A stretch of 64,000 bases of DNA from Paramoeba atlantica (Eukaryota > Protista > Discosea), in contig CDRNVI010000043.1 in assembly GCA_977017575.1 (NCBI GenBank), positions 1-64,000 of the forward strand, written 5' to 3'. The notes under the pieces are model-generated. The model had not been told where the DNA came from. It made no database searches and was given only the letters and a program-made list of their open reading frames with translations. Shown here piece by piece: positions 55,848 to 64,000 of the stretch (positions are counted from its first letter, which is position 1; the number at the start of each line of letters is the position of its first letter). The translations under genes were made by a program, and so were the position numbers.

Positions 55848-58800
55848 ATGGCGGACGCGTCCGGGCCACGAGAGTCCACTGAAATCATGAATCTTCTCTC
55901 GCGTTCCACGCTTGATCGGGGGGTTTTGTTTTATCCTTCCATGGGTAAATCAAGGCCTGCTAAACTCCGCGCGAGGTCGTTGCGCCAACTAGCGCGGCAG
56001 ATGTCTTCTGGGTGCGAACTGGCAGTTGTATGGAGGCTCGAGAATACATCAGATTTTAAGCTATGGGAGGGGGTCGTTGAACGTTGGAGTCCATTCCGTT
56101 CAGGATATCCTCGTAATGATGGTCGTTGGCGAGTGCTCTATGCTCAACGTCCGCGTGAAACACTTCCTTTTCCGCCTTATAATCCAGTAGTAGTACTGTG
56201 TGCAGCACGTCTGCGAGTGCCTAGGGATGTCTGTCGCAAGAAAAAGCGACATCGCAAATCGAGGAAACAGTCTGGCAAACGTTTTCTACGCGACTCGGAG
56301 GGTCCAAGAGACCTCGCTGTGAAGAAAATGCTCAGCATTGCAACATTAAACGTGACTACTCTAAAGCTGAAGGGTGATGATGAATTTTCTCTACGAAAAA
56401 GTGCTCATCTGTATGAGGTGATTGGTTTTATGAATCGGAAAGGAGTTCATATACTATGTATGCAGGAGACGCGCTACAGGTTTTCATCTACCGAAATGGC
56501 TGAAGTCCTACATCGCAAAGTACGTTACCGGAAAACGGATTATCATCTTTACCTCACATCGGCTCGCGCTAAAGACGCATATAATGGAATGGGTGTTATT
56601 AGCAGCACTCCACTGATTAATGTTTCAAAACTGACTGAGCGAATCATGGTAAGCGAATTTGAAATGGAGGACGGAGTTGGACACATTGTCAACGTTTATT
56701 CTCCTACTAGAGACTCTGCCGAGACAGAGATTACAGAGTTCCATGGGGATGTAGAATCCTGCTGCGCAGGAATTCGGGAGAACAATTTACACAGACCTCT
56801 CTTCGTTCTAGGTGACTTTAACTCACCACTTACACTTTTGACCAATAAGGATTTAGATCCACATGCAATTGCACGTTTCAAGGGATTATTGTGTTCAATC
56901 GGATGCAAATCTGCTCATGCTCTCTGTCCAAGCAGCCGAACATGGACATGCGAATTGCCAAACAACACACCAAAGAGTGAAAAACAAACGAACGTCAAGA
57001 AGCCAAAGAGAGTCTTGCGGCAATTGGATCACATATGTATTTGCAACAGATTTGCTTCTGCAATACAACGTCATAAAGTTATTATGGCACCTATTCCCAC
57101 AACGCACTGCTGTGAACAAGCGCTCGTAAAAATCAAGTGGAAATCAAGTACTTCAAAGGCATCAAAAATCATTCCTTGGTTTCAACTTCGTGATGAAACA
57201 AAACGAGCGGAGTACGTCAAGAATGTGCATAAGAAATATGAGCAAAATAGCGATGCACCAACCAAGTGGACAGCTCTCTCAAAATGCATTCTACAAGCAG
57301 CCAGAGAGCTCCACAGACCACAAAAACGGAATTCTGATAGAAAGCCCGCACGAGAGTCCATGGCTCATGGGCTTAGAGAGTTATACCAACAGAGTAAAAG
57401 TATAGCAACTTTTAAGAGCCTGGTTAAGGAGCATAGAGCAGAAGTCGAGACGGAAATCACCAATGAATGTGTAGAGCTCGAAAAAAGTATTAAGAAAAAC
57501 CACTCGAACCCATGGAGAACACTACGGCAAGTGTGCGGAACCTACCGCGTGTCCTTCACTACGCCTGGTAATGCAAAGAAAAATAAGCTCCAAGAGGTAC
57601 GTAAGCACTTTATGAATTTCACAGGGTACGATCGGGGAGACCCCAACATTTCTTTTAATGAAGTACATCTTCCCTTTATACCAATTTCAGATGGCAAGTT
57701 TACTGCCGAGGAGCTCTTTTATTCGCTTTCGCACTTCGGGAAGAATAGAGCCCCAGGGGGGGACGGTATTCCCATGGAGGCCTTACAAGCAATTTCGACA
57801 CATCAGGATTTTAGAGATTTATTGCTGGAGCTAATCAATGAAGTGCATGAAACAGGCGTTACCGAAGCATCATGGAAAGTCATTCTTCAAATACCTATTC
57901 CAAAGAAAGGGGATTTATCGCAGCTTTCAAACTGGCGCCCTATTTGCCTTGTAAACAGTATAGTCAAGCTGATGAATTTTATGATTCTTACTCGCATCCG
58001 CCCCAGCGTTGAACCACTTCTTCGAGACAATCAATACGGTTTTCGTCAAAATAGATCTACCGCTGGTGCGCAAACAATCATGAATGAAATAAAGTCCAAG
58101 GCATTTCGGAATAAAGGTGTTTGTGTAGCGTTCATTGATTTCGCAAAAGCATTCCCATCTGTATCTTTCGCTGCGATAAAAGCGAGTCTGAAAGCATTTC
58201 ACGTGGGCGTTCGTCTATCCGAAATGATCATGTCATTGTACTCAAATCTGAAAGGAGTAGTCCGCACACCTTTTGGTATCACAGATTCTTTTCCGATAAC
58301 TACAGGAATACTCCAAGGGGATGTGTTGGCCCCTTACCTTTTCGTGATGGTTATGGATCGCATTCTTAATAAGTCGCTGGACCTGGAAAATCGCGGATTA
58401 CTTTTGAGTTCAAGCGGGACAAGAAAACGGAACCTACAGGAAAAACGAATTTCTGATATTGATTTTGCAGATGACATTGTATTGTTCAGTGATACAAAGG
58501 AAGGTCTCCAGGAAATGATTGACGAAACGTCAAAGGATGCTTCCTTGGCGAACCTAAAGATAGCTGTAGGTGTTACAAAAACCGCATGGATACCTTTCGG
58601 TAAGGTTGCCGGCTCAAATAAGAATCTCCAGACAAAAGAACTGGAAAAGGTACCTAGAGTAGATTCGTATCGACATCTAGGGCATCTTCAAGACAATGAA
58701 ACATCATCTACAATCAAAGATCGTTTGAAACTTGCTTGGTCCTCATTTGCCCGCATGCGAGGAATATGGATTTCATCTTTAAGCTCTCATCTTAAACTCA

Positions 58801-59981
58801 GACTATACGACGTGCTTATATACCCTATTCTGAACTTTGGTTCAGGCGCATTGCACATTTCTCAAAAAATGTTGCGTTCGATTGATGTCGAAATTAATAC
58901 GATGAGAAGAATTGCATCTCAGTGCAACAAATTGGACGAGTATGGTTTTTGTTATCCTACAGACTCTCTCTACGTAAATACATCACGATTTTCCACCATT
59001 CACAAAGTTCAGAGAGCCAAACTTACCGGACACATGCTGAGACATTCTTCGAACTATCGAGAGCTGGTGCAATGGAGACATAAATCTAATTCGAGACGTC
59101 CTTCTCCAAGCGAAGCATGTATTTCAGACTTGGGTATAACTTTAGAAGAGGCATTGGTTTATGCTACAGATCGAGAACATTGGTTTCGTCTCACCGAAAA
59201 GCTAAAACTTTCACTTGAGCCAGTGGTTGACTACGAGCGTGCTACTACAAAAAAATGGAAAGCATTGAAAGCCACAGCTATCAAGAACAAGAGTTATAAA
59301 GAGCTACAATTTATTGAAGAATCTAGCGTGCCATTCCCCAAACTTAAATCTATACATTTCTACACGGATGGTTCAGTGAGAGTTTTGCGCGGAACACAAA
59401 CGGTGCGTAGCGGTGCTGGCGTTGTTTTCTTGAAGATTAAGGGTGACCCTGATTACTACTCTATTCCGTTGGAGGTGGGAACAAGTGAGAGGGCCGAATT
59501 ATTAGCATTTCGTGAGGCTATTTCGAAAATTCCAGAAGGATCACTCTCTTGCGTTTTTCATACTGATTCTTGTTACGTTTGGCAATATTTTCACAGTTTA
59601 AGATCACGTTTTCGCGTTGTAGGCTACATCGGAATTGCAAATGGAGACTTGATGGATCAAATCGACCATAAATTACGCGCGTTGAAGGGTCAAGGGGTAC
59701 AAATATACATGTGTAAAGTTAAATCTCACTCGGGAAATCCTTGGAACGAGGCAGCAGACTCGCTCGCATTGTCTGCATCTAGAAAGAAAGTAAGCGAACC
59801 TGAAATAAAGAGAAGAAAGTCTTCAAATTCGCAAACCACTGCTCAGCAGTTTGCAAAACGAAACGCGAAAAGTCAGCGTGCAGTGAAAGCCTCATCCGCG
59901 CCTAAACGTGAGGCAGAGGAAAGAGTTGTTATTCGCCAGAAAGTTACGAGAACTGGCGGTGGAAGGGGGACACCAAAGTAA
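55848..59981 (+). CDS. 1377-aa single-ORF LINE protein: W-rich domain, AP-like endonuclease, RT, RNase H
   Basis: IATLN, MQET, GDFN and LDHI; NWRPICL, GILQGDVLAP and FADD; YTDGS, AELLA, HTDS and HSGNPWNEAAD. It is collinear with 44474-48742. Confidence 0.95.
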   Translation: MADASGPRESTEIMNLLSRSTLDRGVLFYPSMGKSRPAKLRARSLRQLARQMSSGCELAVVWRLENTSDFKLWEGVVERWSPFRSGYPRNDGRWRVLYAQRPRETLPFPPYNPVVVLCAARLRVPRDVCRKKKRHRKSRKQSGKRFLRDSEGPRDLAVKKMLSIATLNVTTLKLKGDDEFSLRKSAHLYEVIGFMNRKGVHILCMQETRYRFSSTEMAEVLHRKVRYRKTDYHLYLTSARAKDAYNGMGVISSTPLINVSKLTERIMVSEFEMEDGVGHIVNVYSPTRDSAETEITEFHGDVESCCAGIRENNLHRPLFVLGDFNSPLTLLTNKDLDPHAIARFKGLLCSIGCKSAHALCPSSRTWTCELPNNTPKSEKQTNVKKPKRVLRQLDHICICNRFASAIQRHKVIMAPIPTTHCCEQALVKIKWKSSTSKASKIIPWFQLRDETKRAEYVKNVHKKYEQNSDAPTKWTALSKCILQAARELHRPQKRNSDRKPARESMAHGLRELYQQSKSIATFKSLVKEHRAEVETEITNECVELEKSIKKNHSNPWRTLRQVCGTYRVSFTTPGNAKKNKLQEVRKHFMNFTGYDRGDPNISFNEVHLPFIPISDGKFTAEELFYSLSHFGKNRAPGGDGIPMEALQAISTHQDFRDLLLELINEVHETGVTEASWKVILQIPIPKKGDLSQLSNWRPICLVNSIVKLMNFMILTRIRPSVEPLLRDNQYGFRQNRSTAGAQTIMNEIKSKAFRNKGVCVAFIDFAKAFPSVSFAAIKASLKAFHVGVRLSEMIMSLYSNLKGVVRTPFGITDSFPITTGILQGDVLAPYLFVMVMDRILNKSLDLENRGLLLSSSGTRKRNLQEKRISDIDFADDIVLFSDTKEGLQEMIDETSKDASLANLKIAVGVTKTAWIPFGKVAGSNKNLQTKELEKVPRVDSYRHLGHLQDNETSSTIKDRLKLAWSSFARMRGIWISSLSSHLKLRLYDVLIYPILNFGSGALHISQKMLRSIDVEINTMRRIASQCNKLDEYGFCYPTDSLYVNTSRFSTIHKVQRAKLTGHMLRHSSNYRELVQWRHKSNSRRPSPSEACISDLGITLEEALVYATDREHWFRLTEKLKLSLEPVVDYERATTKKWKALKATAIKNKSYKELQFIEESSVPFPKLKSIHFYTDGSVRVLRGTQTVRSGAGVVFLKIKGDPDYYSIPLEVGTSERAELLAFREAISKIPEGSLSCVFHTDSCYVWQYFHSLRSRFRVVGYIGIANGDLMDQIDHKLRALKGQGVQIYMCKVKSHSGNPWNEAADSLALSASRKKVSEPEIKRRKSSNSQTTAQQFAKRNAKSQRAVKASSAPKREAEERVVIRQKVTRTGGGRGTPK

Positions 59982-62722
59982 GTGTGAGTGCTTGCTGTGT
60001 ATCTCCGTACGTGTGCTAGAATATGCCTTGAGGAAGTTTTTATATTCCATTACTTTATGCGGTTTGTGTGCTCTAGTATTGGAGGCACAAAAACTCTGAA
60101 TTTGGAGGTGATAGAGATGGAAGTGTTTGATGTGAAAGTGCTAAGTATTTTAGCCGACTTTGTCGGTATTTTGGATTGGATTGGATTGGATTGAAACTTG
60201 TAGGCGAACATTTTCCGGAATTGTTCCCCTGGGCTAGCTGGTGCTATACGACAACTAGTGCTTTGACCTATCGTGACCACACACTCCTTTCGGATGAAGG
60301 CGTCCAACAGGGCGATCCCCTGGGACCACTTTTCTTTTCACTGGTCTCCTTGGAACTTGCAAAAGAAATCTATCACCAGGCCGACCTGGACTTGCAGCTA
60401 TGGTACCTAGACGACGGGATTCTCATTGGCAGGGCAGAAGACGTCAGGAATTCGTTGGATACAATCGCCAGAGTAGGTCCGCGATGGGGCCTATATCTGA
60501 ACATGTCCAAGTGCGAAATAATCACCCCCCCTGCCTCGGCTAACGTTGTAACCATATTTCCGGACATACCCGACGCCAAAATAAACGTGTGCGGTAACTT
60601 TAGTGTCCTAGGAAGCCCAATTGGGTCCCCTGAGTACTGTACTGAATATCTGCTGACACACGCGGTTGAGCCCGCTGAAATGGCCCTTGATGCCATAACC
60701 AGAATCCGGGACCCCCAGGTAGCCATGGCGCTAATTCGACAATGTGCTGGATTCTGCAAATTGGTACATGCTCTACGAACGACGCCCCCGCAATCAGTTA
60801 TGAACCTCTGCAAGCGGCTCGACGACTTCCTAATGCACGCGGTCGAATCCACTCTATGTCCTTTGCCTCCCTCCGCACGCGCCCAAATTCAGCGCTTGAA
60901 AAGACACGGAGGTTTCGGTTTAAAATCGGCGACCGTGCACGCATCCTCCGCTTACGCCTCCTCTGTAGTTTTCGCGGCGGCCACGGACTCATGGGATGCT
61001 TCAGAAGTGGAGGGCTTTCTACAATCGATTGAAGACGTGAATTCGAAAGTTGGTATCAGTCTACTCGACTCAAACGGACTCGTGCGTTCCATCCCGCGCC
61101 ATAAATGTGAAGAACTCTCCCCCAAAGCTCGCTTCACCAAGAGATCTCGCGAGGGAGAAACCAGACATCCCTTTGAACCCGCAAATCCGCCTTCCCTTCC
61201 TCGTGACCGCGCATTGCCTCATTCCGAAGACTTTCCACACGATACAAACCCCCTTTACGCATCCGAAGATTGCGTTGACGCGCAGCCACCCGACTGGGCA
61301 AGTAATAGCGTCCCCCGCCAAAAAGACATAAGTTACGCGATCTCTGCCACAGAGTTCTCGCACGCATATGAAAACGCCGACGCCCGGACTCGCGCACGCT
61401 GGGCTTCTCAGTGTGGTAAAGGAGCAAGCAGTTGGGCGTTCGTAACTCCTTCCAGAGACACGGGCCACGCCTTTAACCCCACAGAATTCCGCATCCTATC
61501 CCGCTGGTGGTTAGGTGTGCCCGTGTACGGGGAAGAAGGTACATGTCCCAAGGGGAACTGCACACTCCCATTGGACATACACGGCGATCACGCTCTCACA
61601 TGCAAGCACGGGGACGGTATCATCGGCCGTCACAACGCCTTGGCCGATCACTTTGCCGATACTTGCAGTAACGCACGCCTAGCTCCCCAACGGGAAAAAA
61701 GCCTCGGGAACCGGGGCCCCGGAGGCGCTCTGACTAGGCCCGGGGACGTCTTCCTTCCGAGTCTCTTCCTCGGGAAACCTATCGTGCTTGACTTCGCGGT
61801 CACTCACGCCCAGCAATCTAAATACACGGACACAGTCCGAAATGCTAGCTGGGTGGCCGCGGGGTCCTTCGCAGAGCATTATGCCTCAGAGCAGAAAGTC
61901 CGACAACGCCGTGAATCTGAAGATGCCGGAAGCGATTTCACAGCTATGGTGGTCGAGAGCTATGGCTCTTGGAGTGCCAGTGCTTTAGCCGTTCTCCGGA
62001 AGGTTGGAGAACGAAGGGCAAAAGCGTCCAACGGTATCTTGACAGACGAGGCCTCTACGCTCCGTCTCGTGACCGACATGAACGTAACATTGATGCGTTG
62101 CCAGGCACGCATGATGATTACGCGCCTGCCGGCTGTGGACCCCTTGCCCCCTTTAATCGAGCAATAGCACGATGACGGATGTGCAAGATGGGCCGCTCAG
62201 CCGGAACTCGAACAGCTGGTCCGGATGCTGGTCGATGCCGGCAGGGTCTATGCTCACGCCTAGTCCGCCAGGGCTAGGTACTCCAAGTGAGGTAGGACAT
62301 GGGTAGGGAACTTTGTTCCTCCCCGTCGGCCAGCATCATGCTCCGCGACCGTGCCGCTGTCGGCACAGGCCCATTGCTTGCGCCCTCTCGTACAACAAGA
62401 GAAGGGTTACCAAGGCAAGCTGGGAGAGGTCGAAAGACCCGGTCCGGAACGCGCGAATGGTTCGGGGAAAGTCTGCCCCTCCTAGCCGAGGGAGACCTTA
62501 CCCTCCCTGGAAAGCTGGTAAGATTGGTAAGGGGAAGTGGGTAAGATGGGAAAGCATGTATTTGCTAGTTATATATTTTGCTCGTTTTTAAAATGGGGGG
62601 AAGTGAGGGAAAGAAGTTGAGCAAGTAGGAAAGTAAGTGAGAAAGTCATACCGTACATACATATATAAAGTTAGAACTCGTACTCTTCCCCCCCTATTAT
62701 CTGCAAAAAAAAAAAAAAAAAA

Positions 62723-64000
62723 GGCAGGCTGACCCTCGCACTCGCGCACTGTGGGTTTCAGAGTCGGGTAAGGGAGCAGGTAGCTGGTCTTTCGTGACGC
62801 CCTCTAGGAGCAAAGGATACGCCTTCACACCAACAGAGTTCCGCACGCTGTCCCGCTGGTGGCTGGGATCCGACATATATCAAGAAGATCGCCCTTGCCC
62901 AGCGAAGGGATGCATATTACCTCTGCAGAAAAATGGGGAACATGCATTGTTATGTAAGAACGGACATGGCCTCATCACCCGTCACAACGCGGTCTGTGAG
63001 CAATTCACAGCATTCTGCAGAAAAGCCGACATAGCTCCGCAAAGGGAGAAAAGCCTGGGAAATCGTGGTCCAAGAGGGGGTCTCACCAGACCTGCTGACG
63101 TGTTTCTCCCGAATTACACCCTGGGAAGTGGTATGGTGTTAGACTTCGCAGTCACCCACGCACAGCAACTAAAGTATTTGGACTCTGTCCGGAATGCTAG
63201 CTGGGTGGCTGCGGGATCTTTCGCTGAACACTACTCAGCAACGAAGGATAAACAACGCCAGGAAGCGGAGGAAGCGAAATTACTTTTTACGGCCATGGTA
63301 GTTGAATCCTTTGGCTCGTGGAGTAAAAGCGCGATGGCTGTTTTGTGGAAGGTGGGGGCGTTACGCGCAAACGCGTCAAACGGTCTACTCACAGACACTC
63401 AAGCCCGAAATGACCTTCTCAAAGAGCTGAACGTGGCTCTCATGCGCTCCCAGGCCCGGATGATGGTCTCTAGGATAGTCGTCAGTGACCCTGACGCTCC
63501 CCTGGAAGGGGCCTAAGGGATCTCGGGAATACCCACTGGGACATAAACCGCTGGTCCGGATGCTGGTCGGTGCCGACAGGGTCTATGCTCACGCCTAGTC
63601 CGTCAGGGCTAGGTACCCCAAGTGAGGTAGGACAAGGGTAGGGAACTTTGTTCCTCCCCGTCGGCCAGCATCATGCTCCGCGACCGTGCCGCTGTCGGCA
63701 CAGGCCCATTGCTTGCGCCCTCTCGTACAACAAGAGAAGGGTTAACAAGGCAAGCTGGGAGTGGTCGAAAGACCCGGTTCGGAACATGCATGAGGAAGAT
63801 GGGAGCGCCCTCCCACATAACAAGGGAATGGTTCACAAGTCAGGCCGTGGAGAGGTCGAAAGACCCGGTCCGGAACGCGCGAATGGATTGGGTCTGGATT
63901 GCTTGTTTTTATTTTTACTGTGTCTTGTTTGTCGTATATACTTAGGGGAGATTGAATTGCTAGTTTTGGGCTGAGAAAAAAGAAAAAGAAAATATACTTC
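62723..64000 (+). mobile_element. 5'-truncated CRE family B copy abutting the previous poly(A); ORF remnant to 63516, 3' UTR runs off the window
   Basis: ADPRTRALW…SWSFVTPS, RHNAV and RPADVFL…DF motifs. The UTR is homologous to 62210-62460. Confidence 0.9.

Larger units (their letters stand above)
52816..60190 (+). mobile_element. APE-RT-RNase H LINE with a 3-kb 5' 18-bp array, (TTGGA)n tail and 13-bp TSD
   Basis: TTGAAACTTGTAG at 52803-52815 and 60191-60203. Confidence 0.93.
50834..62722 (+). mobile_element. Full-length CRE family B (YLDD) element, interrupted at 52816-60190
   Basis: Joining 50913-52815 to 60204-62167 gives an intact 1288-aa ORF with N-terminal Cys/His fingers, RPIAAGETIRRL, GVQQGDPLGP, YLDD, CCHC and RPGD…DF. 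Poly(A) 62705-62722. Confidence 0.93.

Noticed and set aside
52764-55869. Long (LIKRLI)n ORFs on the minus strand, superficially like never-ending-ORF products of bacterial defence RTs; also FIKLVN, FIKTFT and IVRPFL repeat peptides elsewhere
   Set aside because: They follow automatically from an 18-bp unit lacking stops in some frames. There is no credible start context, and a TAA separates the array from the LINE ORF.

Overview
This 64-kb window is eukaryotic DNA made entirely of nested transposable elements and satellites, and I found no ordinary host gene. A kinetoplastid-type spliced-leader (SL) sequence (…AACGATAAAGATACAGTTTCTGTACCTTGTTG) occurs three times and VIPER/TATE-like elements are present, which points to a euglenozoan (kinetoplastid-like) host; this is an inference. 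The contents fall into six groups. (1) About a dozen full or partial CRE/SLACS-like non-LTR retrotransposons (RT + CCHC + restriction-like endonuclease) in at least three families (YIDD, YQDD, YLDD). (2) Two intact single-ORF APE-RT-RNase H LINEs, each inserted in a CRE RT with a 13-bp TSD and headed by an 18-bp tandem array (5 and about 167 copies). (3) Three tyrosine-recombinase retroelements with gag-YR-RT/RH order, one carrying its own 419-bp SIRE-like derivative. (4) A pogo-like DNA transposon with a TA TSD. (5) A tandem Helitron-like block inserted at A^T with no TSD. (6) Two inverted 10-bp satellites. Nesting was reconstructed from TSDs and from reading frames that are restored when inserts are removed. 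The most striking observations are that unrelated CRE families begin with the SL exon, that one small W-rich beta-barrel-like domain appears in CRE, APE-LINE and YR proteins, that related 18-bp arrays sit at insertion junctions, and that one CRE family appears to target its own 3' UTR. All alignments were made by eye, and no searches were run.
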